From an uncultured Bdellovibrionales bacterium (GTDB lineage: Bacteria; Patescibacteriota; Minisyncoccia; Moranbacterales; UBA1568), in contig CAYTED010000001.1 of NCBI GenBank assembly GCA_964436855.1, positions 135,059 through 199,058 on the forward strand: a stretch of DNA of 64,000 bases. Direction: 5' to 3'. A program made the translations under genes and the position numbers. The notes below the pieces were generated by a model. The model was not told the origin of the DNA. It did no database searches and worked only from the letters and a program-made list of their open reading frames with translations. Shown piece by piece: positions 1 to 9,541 of the stretch (positions are counted from its first letter, which is position 1; every line of letters starts with the position of its first letter).

Positions 1-584
1 ACCTTGCTTTCCACCATTTTTTGAACCACAACAGCAACAGAAATTTTCGAGTCGTGAAGTCCTTTTTCAAATCGGTAGAAGATGGCACGCGGGGTAAAGA
101 GCGATGCAAAGCACCGTTGGACATTCTGCAGGAGAGTTGCTTCGGTCGTATTGAGAAAGCTATCGAGCTGTCCTGCCCACGCGGCACTCGCCGAATCCTC
201 CGCCGTCGCACTGGAACGCACGGCGACAAAATGAGTATCAAGCTTATTGAATTCCGAGGAGATTTCTTTTGCGATATCCTCCGGCATCTTTGCTTCAAGG
301 ATCAGCTTCTGAATCGTTTCCGAACTATGCTCCACAGTATGCATTTTCTCCGTATCAACCGTATGGAGAATTGCATCAATCTCTGTATTCAAATCCGTTT
401 CCTCTAAGAATCTTTCAAAAGCATCCGCGAACACGACAAAACCCGGTGGCACCGGATTACCAGACGGAGCCTGCCCGCCATATTTGGCTTCAAATAGGCG
501 GGTCATTTCCCCGAGCGACGCCCCCTTTCCCCCAGCTATTGCTGCGTCATGTTTTGAGAGTTCGGAGAATGGTTTGGTGAACAT
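1..584 (-). CDS. PEP/pyruvate-binding (ATP-grasp, PPDK_N) domain protein, PEP synthase-like; 3' end runs out of the window
   Basis: Not in the ORF track because it is truncated. Manual translation from ATG 584 gives MFTKPFSELSKHDAAIAGGKGASLGEM...PVPPGFVV...VAVRSSATAEDSASAAWAGQLDSFLN, containing the GGKG, PVP-GF and AVRSSAxxED motifs of PpsA N-terminal domains. Confidence 0.9.
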   Translation of the reverse strand, partial: MFTKPFSELSKHDAAIAGGKGASLGEMTRLFEAKYGGQAPSGNPVPPGFVVFADAFERFLEETDLNTEIDAILHTVDTEKMHTVEHSSETIQKLILEAKMPEDIAKEISSEFNKLDTHFVAVRSSATAEDSASAAWAGQLDSFLNTTEATLLQNVQRCFASLFTPRAIFYRFEKGLHDSKISVAVVVQKMVESK

Positions 585-591
585 ATGAGCA

Positions 592-1407
592 TTATGCGTT
601 CAGTGGATATTCAAGCGAAAGATCCTTGAATTCAAACGTTGCCTTTTGTTTTCCGAAGTCATCAGAAACCATAGTAATTCTCGGGCCGGACATATAATCA
701 AGCAATCCTCCGATTTCTTCAACTCCCACCTCTTCTGGTTTTAATTCGGGGTGGTTTTTCAAATAAATAAGCTTCGTGAGGTATTCTGTAACCCCACTAT
801 GCCCTATTAATACCATTTTTACTTTACTGCCAGAGTGGAATCTCTGCGCCATTTTTACAAAATGCCGCATCAATCCATCAAGTTCTTTTCCAACGTCCTC
901 TCCCTTCAGGGAAAGCTTGGGGAATTCCTTGTTGAAAAACTCACGAATGAGGATTTCATTTTTCAGCGTCTCCTCATCTTTGGAAGATGGTTCAAGCGCA
1001 TCTTTCTTTTCTATAACAGTATTATCCTCTAATAGCCTCCTCGCACGGAGAATGTCATCCATTACCTTATCCGTCTCACTTGAATACACCGTCATTCCAC
1101 CAACTAATTCATCTTTCGTTCGGATCGTTGTGTGAATATCATTTTCCCGAAGAAACTGCGAGAGTGGCTCCATTGCCTGTTGTCCGCGCTTCAATGGACT
1201 CACATAACATTTCACGATATCGAAGCTTTGCTCGGAGTCTGAATACTCTTGTTGCAACTTCTCTACCAACGATTTTTTCCCACTCTCGGTGAGATTTCCG
1301 GTCGCATAATCCTTTTCCGGATGCCGAATAAGATCAATCACAAGCGTCACATTTCGACCAAATCTTTCTTTTTTTTCGACACTGCTCGATATATTAGGAA
1401 CTTCCAT
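592..1407 (-). CDS. Histidine phosphatase superfamily protein
   Basis: DLIRHPE (RHG-like motif), LTESG, SPLKRGQQ and distal LIGHSG. Confidence 0.75.
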   Translation of the reverse strand: MEVPNISSSVEKKERFGRNVTLVIDLIRHPEKDYATGNLTESGKKSLVEKLQQEYSDSEQSFDIVKCYVSPLKRGQQAMEPLSQFLRENDIHTTIRTKDELVGGMTVYSSETDKVMDDILRARRLLEDNTVIEKKDALEPSSKDEETLKNEILIREFFNKEFPKLSLKGEDVGKELDGLMRHFVKMAQRFHSGSKVKMVLIGHSGVTEYLTKLIYLKNHPELKPEEVGVEEIGGLLDYMSGPRITMVSDDFGKQKATFEFKDLSLEYPLNA

Positions 1408-1421
1408 ATCTCTTTATATTC

Positions 1422-2528
1422 TTATGAATTACTTTTTTCGAGAATTTTTACAATACCGCTTTCAGCATCAAGCTCAACCAGATCTCCTGTCTTGAGAATT
1501 TCGGTCGCATGATACGTGCCAACAAGACACGGAACTCCCAGTTCTCGTGACATAATGGCAGCATGAGAATTCAACCCGCCTTGATTCGCGATAATTCCAC
1601 CCGCCTTTTTCATTAACGGGACAAAATCAGGAGAGGTGGTTTCTGTCACCAAAATCTCTCCACCATCCATTTCAAGGGAATGAAGTTTTTTTACAAAAAT
1701 CTCATAGGACTGATCCAATTCTGGAACAATCACCCTAATTTTTGCTGTTACTTTTCCCTTATTGGCAATAACTCCCTTAAATTCATTCATCTTCGAATAA
1801 TCAGGCTCTTTGAACTTTTTTAAGATTAACGCCTTTTGCTCACCTTCAATCGGTATGACTCTTTCATTCTCGCAGAAGAGAACATAAGATTTTTTTCGTT
1901 CCAAAAGAATATCAGCAGAAACTAATGACTTTGTTTCTATGAGACTTATTACCTCATTAAAAGAGTAGAATTTTATATCTTCAGGACTCACCGCTGTTTG
2001 TCGAGCAAGAAGATCTACCAGATGATAGAGACAAGTTGTAAGAACTTCAACAAAGAGTGGGCGACTCTTCATTTTGAGATCATCCCCCAGTATAAAAAGA
2101 TTTTTTTTGAGCGTTTCGCTCATTTCTCCGTAATAACAAGAATCTGTAAAGAAAAATTCTGTTTTTTCAAAAAAGTAGTACGTTTTATCAATCATCGCAC
2201 GATGATCAAAAAAATTTCCAACGGAAGATTCTTTAAGATTCTTTATTCTCCCTATATATTCTTCACACTCCCGAATATTTTCTCGAAATCCAGCTTCGAA
2301 AATATTGAAATTTTCTTTACTCGAAAATATTTCTTTTCCATTTTCCGAAGTCCAATCAGCCGCCTCATTGCCTATATACGTTCCAAGCATCTCGTTATTA
2401 TAGATTGCCAAAAAATCTCTCTTTCTATAGTGAGAAAAAACGATATCCATCAAAAGATAGCCGAGCCTTTTAAAGAAAAAAGCGCGTTGATAATTTTCCG
2501 GCCGGATTCGATCAGGAAAAAGCTCCAT
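1422..2528 (-). CDS. PEP-utilizing enzyme mobile (phosphohistidine swivel) domain protein with a helical N-terminal domain
   Basis: C-terminal GEILVTETTSPDFVPLMKKAGGII..GGLNSHAAIMSRELGVPCLVG; no ATP-grasp domain in this ORF. Confidence 0.85.
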   Translation of the reverse strand: MELFPDRIRPENYQRAFFFKRLGYLLMDIVFSHYRKRDFLAIYNNEMLGTYIGNEAADWTSENGKEIFSSKENFNIFEAGFRENIRECEEYIGRIKNLKESSVGNFFDHRAMIDKTYYFFEKTEFFFTDSCYYGEMSETLKKNLFILGDDLKMKSRPLFVEVLTTCLYHLVDLLARQTAVSPEDIKFYSFNEVISLIETKSLVSADILLERKKSYVLFCENERVIPIEGEQKALILKKFKEPDYSKMNEFKGVIANKGKVTAKIRVIVPELDQSYEIFVKKLHSLEMDGGEILVTETTSPDFVPLMKKAGGIIANQGGLNSHAAIMSRELGVPCLVGTYHATEILKTGDLVELDAESGIVKILEKSNS

Positions 2529-2603
2529 ATGAAATACATTCTTTACAAGTTATTTTCCCACAATGATCCAAATCCGCCGCCTGAATGGCTATACGCATAC
2601 GTT

Positions 2604-3299
2604 TCATTGTATCACCGTCCCAACGAACGGCTTTCCGTCAAGATAGTGACGGAGATTATCAAGTTTTTCACCATTTAAAATTGCGACTTCCATCTCTTCT
2701 TCAGCGGCCATTTTGGTTGCAACTGGATCAAATGGTGTATTCATTCCCGGATTCCACTTTGTTCCGACAAGATCCTGAAACTCTTTCCAACTCATTTTCT
2801 TATATGGCTTTGCGCTTGGATTCTCACAAGGATCGCTGTCATACACATAATCGATATTCGACAAATTGATAATCTGTTTTACATCAAGATATTTCCCGAG
2901 GGTAACAGCACAATAGTCAGTTGATCGCCCTGGACGCCATCCCCCCGCAACGAGAATTGGTTCCTTGGCACCATAAAAATCCTCGAGATCATGCGGATTA
3001 GTATTGATACGTGGATGCGCGTGCGCGCGAAACACCGTACGAATAAAGTGGGCGTTCATTCGCGTGGCATGAATTCCAAGCCAGTCCTTATCCTCATCGG
3101 TAATTCGACTCACACCGTGTGCCGCCTCGATATATCGCCGTGCCGTTTTCCCGCCTCCCGTCACAAGAATAAATCGCTTTCCTTTTTTAATATATTCGAG
3201 AATGAGTTTTTTGAATGCTTTAATAAAGGCCGTATCGATTGCTTCTGGCACCAAAAGCGATCCTCCGAGAGAGAGAATAATTCTGTCAGGTTGTGTCAT
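2604..3299 (-). CDS. pyrH: UMP kinase (archaeal type)
   Basis: LSLGGS, VTGGGKTARRYI, DWLGIHATRMNA, PGRSTD, YVYDSDP, PFDPVA. Confidence 0.92.
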   Translation of the reverse strand: MTQPDRIILSLGGSLLVPEAIDTAFIKAFKKLILEYIKKGKRFILVTGGGKTARRYIEAAHGVSRITDEDKDWLGIHATRMNAHFIRTVFRAHAHPRINTNPHDLEDFYGAKEPILVAGGWRPGRSTDYCAVTLGKYLDVKQIINLSNIDYVYDSDPCENPSAKPYKKMSWKEFQDLVGTKWNPGMNTPFDPVATKMAAEEEMEVAILNGEKLDNLRHYLDGKPFVGTVIQ

Positions 3300-4537
3300 A
3301 ATGCTTCTTTTACAAACAACGGGAGAAGTTCACCTACAGGAATATATTCTGCTTCCATAACTGTTCGCTTCTTCACTTCCGCCATACCATCTTCTGCATA
3401 TCGCTTCCCGAGTACAATTCGATATGGAATTCCAATCAAGTCAGAATCAGCAAACTTTTCTCCTGCAGAAGCATCACGGTCATCATAAAGAACCTCTACA
3501 CCTTCAGCCACAAGTTCTTGATAGAGCTTATCTGCTGCTTCATTTTGACCAAGGGAAATCAAGTGTACTTGAAATGGCGCAACAGCAACCGGCCACACCA
3601 TACCCTTCTCATCAGAGAGCGCTTCAACGATTACACCCATCAAACGCGTAATACCAATTCCGAAGCAGCCCATAATTGGATGTGCCTTGGTGCCATCTTG
3701 AGCGGTATACGTAAAATCAAAATCCTTTCCATACTTGATACCAAGATCAAAGATATTCCCTACTTCAGAAGCAGTTGCACGGGAAAGAATTCCGGCATTG
3801 CAACGCGTACAAGTGTCTCCTTCTTTTTGATTGGAAATCTCAACATTCACACAATACGGGCATGATTTGCAATACAAAATATCATCTTCACCGGCATCAG
3901 TGAGCACCATAAATTCATACGAAAGTTTTTTTGTAAAACTTCCACCCGATGCCTCTGTTGCTTTTGCTACCAATCCTACGCGTGCATACACCTTGAGATA
4001 TGCTTCTTTCGCCAATGCGTAAAACCGATCAAAATCTTCTTGAGTCTCATGGAAAGAATACATATCTTTCATAGCAAACTCCCGACCACGCATGATTCCC
4101 GATTTAGCGCGAAGCTCATCTCGATACTTCTGGCCGATCTGATACACCGCCAAAGGAAGATCTCGGTACGAATGAATATACTCACGTGCAATTGGCGTCA
4201 CAATCTCCTCTTCGCTCTGTCCAATCGTATACTCTTTTTCAGTACGACTTTTGATTTTAAAAACAACGTCTACATTATCCCATGCGCCAGTCTGCTTCCA
4301 TGGCTCAGAAGGATGGAGTGTTGCCATGCGGATCTCCTGACCGCCGATAGCATTCATTTCTTCACGAACAATATGCTCTATTTTCTCAAGCACACGCATT
4401 CCCAAAGGAAGATACGAATACACCCCCGCCATTTCCTTGTGAATAAATCCGGCACGAATCAAAAGCTGCGCATTCTTCGACACCTCATCTTTTGGCGCTT
4501 CTTTTCTTGTTTTTGTGAAGAGTTGACTTTGACGCAT
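3296..4537 (-). CDS. proS: Proline--tRNA ligase (short form, no editing domain)
   Basis: MRQSQLF..LLIRAGFI, KYRDELRAKSGIMRGREFAMKDMYSF, MGCFGIGITR, C-terminal anticodon-binding domain (YDDR..GEKFADSDLIGIP). Confidence 0.95.
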   Translation of the reverse strand: MRQSQLFTKTRKEAPKDEVSKNAQLLIRAGFIHKEMAGVYSYLPLGMRVLEKIEHIVREEMNAIGGQEIRMATLHPSEPWKQTGAWDNVDVVFKIKSRTEKEYTIGQSEEEIVTPIAREYIHSYRDLPLAVYQIGQKYRDELRAKSGIMRGREFAMKDMYSFHETQEDFDRFYALAKEAYLKVYARVGLVAKATEASGGSFTKKLSYEFMVLTDAGEDDILYCKSCPYCVNVEISNQKEGDTCTRCNAGILSRATASEVGNIFDLGIKYGKDFDFTYTAQDGTKAHPIMGCFGIGITRLMGVIVEALSDEKGMVWPVAVAPFQVHLISLGQNEAADKLYQELVAEGVEVLYDDRDASAGEKFADSDLIGIPYRIVLGKRYAEDGMAEVKKRTVMEAEYIPVGELLPLFVKEAL

Positions 4538-4576
4538 ACAAAAAATTCAAGGATAAATATTTCCTTTACTGTAAAG

Positions 4577-4605
4577 AAAAAAAGGCTCTCCGTCAAAGGA
4601 GAGCG
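4577..4605 (-). terminator. Probable intrinsic terminator
   Basis: GCTCTCC-gtcaaa-GGAGAGC hairpin followed by a U-run on the minus strand, just after the 4610 ORF stop. Confidence 0.55.
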
Positions 4606-4609
4606 CACT

Positions 4610-5767
4610 TTAGAGTTGAACCGAGATTTCTTGTTCGGATCCGTTCCGAAGAACGGTCAATGCCACCACATCCCCCTTTTTCTTGTTACCGATCAGAACC
4701 GAAAGCGGCCGCTCAAGCGTTACCCGATCGGTACCAACCGCCGTAATAATATCGCCCATCCGAAGATCCGCTCGATCCGCCGGACTCCCGGCAAGCACCG
4801 AAAGACCCGTCCTTCCCGATGGTGAATAAATCATCGCCCCTTCTTCACGGGGAAGATTATTGAGCGCGGCATACGCCTTGGTGATCGATACATAATAAAC
4901 GCCAAGCGTCGGTCGATCCGACAAACGTCCTTCAATTGCCCGATTGAGCGAATCACGAACGACATTCGACGGAATAGCGAAGTACTTCCGACCATTGTCA
5001 AACGGAACACTCGAAAGAAGTCCTACCATTTCACCATTCCATTGCACTACCGGACCCCCGACATAGTCAATCGGGTTTTTCAGATCAACCAAAAATACGC
5101 CTTCGAGTTTTTCACTCGAGGCGACAGTCTTTCCGGCAAGATTAAATGTTCGATCCTTAAATTCAAGTATGCCGGAAGCATACCGATTCTGATACGGTTC
5201 CGAAGATATGCCGATAGCTACGAGTCGCTTTCCAGTACGCGCATCGTCGGAATTCGCGAGTGCGATCGCCGGAACGCTTGCCGCATCGATCTTGAAAAAC
5301 GAAAGTCCGGTAAAAGAATCCGTCCCCGTAAAACGCGCCGGATACGACTCGCCCGTCTGGAGCAAAATAGTGTAGTTCGAATCAAGAAAGGCCGCATCCA
5401 AAATCGCAACAACCATACCATCATTCGTGAGAAGCGTGCCGGTATAAATCCTTCCTTTCTCGATCTCGTTTTTCGGAGACACGATAACCGACACCACCGC
5501 CGTCGATGGCTGCGACACGATACGCTCGATCGAATCATTGTCCTGCACAATAACCTGTTCGGTTTTTTCAATAATAGTTGTCTTGTTTGAAGCGGTTTTT
5601 ACGATCGGTACACGAGAAAACCACCGAGTCGTCGAGAGATACGGAATAAGATAGGTATCAAAAACCACCCCTCCTACCCCGCCGATACCAAAAAGAAATA
5701 TTGCAATAACACCGAAAAAAAGCCCTTTTTTAAGAAAATGCGTCATAAGAAAAAAGAAAAAATACAC
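4610..5767 (-). CDS. HtrA/S1C-like trypsin-fold + PDZ protein, catalytically degenerate
   Basis: N-terminal TM anchor, trypsin-like fold, GGPVV, and PDZ domain (GSPADRADLRMGDII). Triad motifs are replaced: VVAIL for TNxH, FTGLS for xxDLA, DYVGGP for GNSGGP. Confidence 0.8.
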   Translation of the reverse strand: MYFFFFLMTHFLKKGLFFGVIAIFLFGIGGVGGVVFDTYLIPYLSTTRWFSRVPIVKTASNKTTIIEKTEQVIVQDNDSIERIVSQPSTAVVSVIVSPKNEIEKGRIYTGTLLTNDGMVVAILDAAFLDSNYTILLQTGESYPARFTGTDSFTGLSFFKIDAASVPAIALANSDDARTGKRLVAIGISSEPYQNRYASGILEFKDRTFNLAGKTVASSEKLEGVFLVDLKNPIDYVGGPVVQWNGEMVGLLSSVPFDNGRKYFAIPSNVVRDSLNRAIEGRLSDRPTLGVYYVSITKAYAALNNLPREEGAMIYSPSGRTGLSVLAGSPADRADLRMGDIITAVGTDRVTLERPLSVLIGNKKKGDVVALTVLRNGSEQEISVQL

Positions 5768-5806
5768 CCATCATTTCTAACACGTTTCGAAAAAAAAATC
5801 AACCCT

Positions 5807-6562
5807 CTATACCACCATCCTCCACGGAGAACTCGAGAGAAGCAGCGCAAAAAGAAAGAGGGATAACGCCGCCCGCGTATACATTCGTTTTTGCGAAAAA
5901 ACTCCCGAAAGGTCGGAAAAGAGAAACTCCCAGAGAAAAGAAAAAAAGACGAGAAGCACCGCCCCGCTCGTAAGGTACCCAAACGGCCAAAAGCTCGCCA
6001 CCCATACGGCCTCAGCGGAAACAAGTCCCAAAAAGGAAGCGTAGAGCAGGGATTGTTTTCGATTTCCAAACGATACGGAAAAAAACGTCTGATAGGCGAT
6101 CCCGAGCGTTCCCAAAAAAAACGAGAGGAGTAATACCGGGAGCGGGACAGTAAAATTGAGGTACAGCCCGTACATCGATGCGAAGAAAAGAAAGAGTGCC
6201 GCCATAGCGCTTGCGGAAAGAAATGCTCGCGCCGTTTCATCGCGCGGCGCAAATCGCAGTCGATAGAGACCGAGTAACAATGAATAAAATGCGATCGATG
6301 CCAGAAATGCGAACAATTGCCGATGGAAAAGCTTGTCGATCAGAAACAGAAGGGTCGGTGTCGCAATGGCAAAAAGAAGCGGAATGGGAATGCCGGAATA
6401 TTTCTTTGTTACTTTTTTTACGGAAATCGCGGCAATACAAGAAAGAAACAGTATCGAAAATCCGTATCCGTTCCACTCCGAAAGCGTCGGATTGAGCGCT
6501 AAAAGCTCAAGCGAGAGAAAAAAAGCAACCGTCCAAATAAAAATAGTGAAATGGAAAAACAT
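5807..6562 (-). CDS. Multi-pass membrane protein of unknown function
   Basis: 251-aa ORF with about eight hydrophobic segments, co-oriented with its neighbours. Confidence 0.75.
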   Translation of the reverse strand: MFFHFTIFIWTVAFFLSLELLALNPTLSEWNGYGFSILFLSCIAAISVKKVTKKYSGIPIPLLFAIATPTLLFLIDKLFHRQLFAFLASIAFYSLLLGLYRLRFAPRDETARAFLSASAMAALFLFFASMYGLYLNFTVPLPVLLLSFFLGTLGIAYQTFFSVSFGNRKQSLLYASFLGLVSAEAVWVASFWPFGYLTSGAVLLVFFSFLWEFLFSDLSGVFSQKRMYTRAALSLFLFALLLSSSPWRMVV

Positions 6563-6620
6563 GCCTCTGAAAAATGAAAATGCTTCACCTCCTTTGTATC
6601 ACACAATGAAAATGAAAACA

Positions 6621-6647
6621 AAAAAACCTCGACTATCGAGATTTTTT
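6621..6647 (-). terminator. Probable intrinsic terminator of clpB
   Basis: AAAAAA-CCTCGA-cta-TCGAGA-TTTTTT inverted repeat just downstream of the clpB stop. Confidence 0.5.
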
Positions 6648-6664
6648 CTTTCCGGAACCAACTC

Positions 6665-9280
6665 CTACTCGAACAGAACCTTTCCTTTTTTCACAAAGAC
6701 ACGAATGGATTTTTGCGCCTTCCCGGATTCCGAAAGCGCCGAAAAGGCGATCGGATCAAGAATCTCCGTCTGAATCAACCGCTTGAGCGGTCGCGCGCCA
6801 TAAAACGGATCGTACCCTTTTTCCGAAAGATATTTTTTCACCGATGAGTCAAACACGACACGGGTATCACGATCAAGAAGACGCCTTACCACCCGATCAA
6901 GTTGAATTTCAACAATCTTTGCGAGCGCTTCTTTCGACAACGGGTGAAATGTGATAATTTCATCGATCCGATTCAAAAACTCCGGTTTGAACGTTTCCTT
7001 CAGGCTTGCGAGAACTTTCGATCGAATTTCCTCCTCTTCCGGAACTTCACTCGATGTCCGCTCACTCCGAAAGCCGAACTCGCTTGATCGCAAGAGAAGT
7101 TCCGATCCGACATTCGACGTCAGAATAATAACGGTATTCTTAAAATTCACCGTTCGCCCCTTGGCATCGGTGAGGCGTCCATCGTCGAGAATTTGAAGAA
7201 GAATATTAAACACATCCGGATGCGCCTTTTCGATTTCATCAAAGAGAAGAACAGAATATGGCCGACGTCTCACCGCTTCGGAGAGTTGTCCGCCCTCGTC
7301 GTATCCAACGTATCCCGGCGGCGACCCGATCATTTTTGCGGTCGAATGCGCCTCCATATACTCGCTCATATCCACCCGAATGAGCGACTTTTCATCGTCA
7401 AAGAGAAATTCCGCGAGCGCTTTCGCCAGCTCGGTTTTTCCAACACCCGTCATCCCGAGAAAAAGAAAGGATCCGATCGGTCGCCCCTCTTCCCCGAGAC
7501 CGGCTCGCGATCGGCGGATCGCATTCGATATCGAGCGAATCGCGTCATCTTGACCCACGACCCGTTTCGCGAGCGCGGCTTCCATATGAAGCAGCTTTTC
7601 CGCTTCCGTCGAAAGCATTTTCGAAACCGGAACGCCGGTCGATCGCGCCACTACCGAAGCGACATCTTCCTCGATAATTTCTTCTTTCAGAATAGAGTTT
7701 TTCCTCTGAAGGCGTCCCAATTTTTTCTCCTCGCTAAAAAGTTTTTTCTCCAATTCCGGAATTTTCCCGTAGCGTATTTCCGCAACACGATCAAGCTCCC
7801 CGCCTCGCTCAGCAAGTTCCGCTTCATTGCGCAATCGCTCCATTTCTTCTTTCTGTCGCCGCATCGAAAGAATCAGATCGCGCTCCGACTTCCACTGAAG
7901 CGCCAGTGCCTGTGACCGCTCTTTCAGTTCCGAAAGTTCGCGATCGATATTTTGTATCTTCTTTTTATTCGCCCCCTCCGTATCTTTTTCAAGCGCGCGT
8001 TTCTCGATTTCCAAACGACGGATATTCCGCTCGAGTGTATCAAGATCGACCGGCATCGAATCGATTTCCATACGTCGAAGCGACCCGGCTTCATCGATGA
8101 GGTCTATCGCCTTGTCCGGCAAAAATCGATCCGTAATATATCGTTTCGATAATTTTACCGCCGCAATAAGCGCATCATCGGTAATACGAACTCCGTGGTG
8201 CAGCTCATATTTTTCTTTGATTCCGCGAAGAATCGCGATAGCGTCTTCTTCCGACGGTTCGCTCACGAGAATCGGCTGAAACCGTCGTTCGAGTGCCGCG
8301 TCTTTCTCGATATATTTTTGATATTCCTTGAGTGTGGTTGCGCCGATCGTTCGGAGTTTGCCTCGCGCGAGCGCGGGTTTCAACATATTCGACGCGTCAA
8401 GCGCCCCTTCGGTCGCCCCCGCTCCGACAAGCGTATGAAGCTCATCGATAAAGAGAATAAATTTCTCGGCCGATCGTTCGATTTCTTTAAGAATTGCTTT
8501 GAGTCGCTCTTCAAATTCCCCGCGAAATTTCGCCCCGGCAAGCAGCGCCCCGAGATCAAGCGAAATAATTTCTTTTTCTTTGAGTGTTTCCGGAACATCG
8601 CCGGCGACGATACGCTCCGCCAGTCCTTCCGCGATCGCCGTTTTTCCCGTTCCCGCTTCTCCAATAAGAACAGGATTATTCTTCGTCCGACGCGAAAGTA
8701 TCTGCATCACCCGCCTGATTTCTTCATCGCGACCAATAACGGGATCAAGCTTATCTTCACGCGCGAGCTTCGTTACATTCACGGCATATTTTTCAAGCGC
8801 TTGATACGTCTCCTCGGGATGATCACTCTCCACGTGTTGACCGCCGCGAACTTCCGACAGCACCTTCAACGCAAGATCATACGACACACCCCCTTGTTCA
8901 AGATTTTTTTTCATTGATCCGGAAATCGAAAGAATGGCGAGAAAGAGATGTTCCGTCGACACAAATGTATCTCCGATCCGCGTCATTTCTTCTTCCGCTC
9001 GCGCGAATACCTTTGCAAGTTCCGGCGCGACAAACAACTGACCAAATACTTCACCGGGAACCGACGGAAACCGCTCTATATTCTCAAGCGTTACTCCCTT
9101 AAGCGTCTCAATATCAAGTCCAAGCTTTCCGATAATCACCGGGACAATCGAATGCTCTTGAATAAGAAGCGCATAGAGAAGATGCGCACTCTCAAGCTCG
9201 CGATGATTTCGCGACAACGCCATTTCTTGTGCGTTCCGAATCGCCTCCTGACTTTTTTGTGTAAAACGATTGATATTCAT
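6665..9280 (-). CDS. clpB: ATP-dependent chaperone ClpB
   Basis: Clp N domain, NBD1 ([21 protein letters not shown]), long coiled-coil M domain, NBD2 ([13 protein letters not shown]). Confidence 0.95.
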   Translation of the reverse strand: MNINRFTQKSQEAIRNAQEMALSRNHRELESAHLLYALLIQEHSIVPVIIGKLGLDIETLKGVTLENIERFPSVPGEVFGQLFVAPELAKVFARAEEEMTRIGDTFVSTEHLFLAILSISGSMKKNLEQGGVSYDLALKVLSEVRGGQHVESDHPEETYQALEKYAVNVTKLAREDKLDPVIGRDEEIRRVMQILSRRTKNNPVLIGEAGTGKTAIAEGLAERIVAGDVPETLKEKEIISLDLGALLAGAKFRGEFEERLKAILKEIERSAEKFILFIDELHTLVGAGATEGALDASNMLKPALARGKLRTIGATTLKEYQKYIEKDAALERRFQPILVSEPSEEDAIAILRGIKEKYELHHGVRITDDALIAAVKLSKRYITDRFLPDKAIDLIDEAGSLRRMEIDSMPVDLDTLERNIRRLEIEKRALEKDTEGANKKKIQNIDRELSELKERSQALALQWKSERDLILSMRRQKEEMERLRNEAELAERGGELDRVAEIRYGKIPELEKKLFSEEKKLGRLQRKNSILKEEIIEEDVASVVARSTGVPVSKMLSTEAEKLLHMEAALAKRVVGQDDAIRSISNAIRRSRAGLGEEGRPIGSFLFLGMTGVGKTELAKALAEFLFDDEKSLIRVDMSEYMEAHSTAKMIGSPPGYVGYDEGGQLSEAVRRRPYSVLLFDEIEKAHPDVFNILLQILDDGRLTDAKGRTVNFKNTVIILTSNVGSELLLRSSEFGFRSERTSSEVPEEEEIRSKVLASLKETFKPEFLNRIDEIITFHPLSKEALAKIVEIQLDRVVRRLLDRDTRVVFDSSVKKYLSEKGYDPFYGARPLKRLIQTEILDPIAFSALSESGKAQKSIRVFVKKGKVLFE

Positions 9281-9427
9281 AAGGGTAGAGATGAGGGGTG
9301 AGAGATAAGAGTTTAGAAGTGAGGTACGAGGAGAAAAAATTATTTTTCGATTCCGCGAGATTCTTATATCAGGATGAAAAAAGTATTTTTTTCTTCTCTT
9401 GCGCTCTCTTGTCTTCAGGATAAGAAA

Positions 9428-9454
9428 TTAGCACTCTCATGTCAAGAGTGCTAA
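9428..9454. promoter_or_regulatory. CIRCE element (HrcA operator) overlapping the clpB sigma70 promoter
   Basis: Perfect TTAGCACTC-N9-GAGTGCTAA. On the minus strand a TTGACA lies within it, 17 bp before TATCCT. Confidence 0.93.
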
Positions 9455-9487
9455 TTTTTACAATTTACGCCTGATACATCCAAAACG

Positions 9488-9510
9488 AAAAGGGCCTTCT
9501 TTGGCCCTTT
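9488..9510. terminator. Intrinsic terminator downstream of htrA
   Basis: AAAAGGGCC-ttctt-TGGCCCTTTT. Confidence 0.65.
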
Positions 9511-9541
9511 TGTCATAATGCTTGACTCCTGATTATTCATC

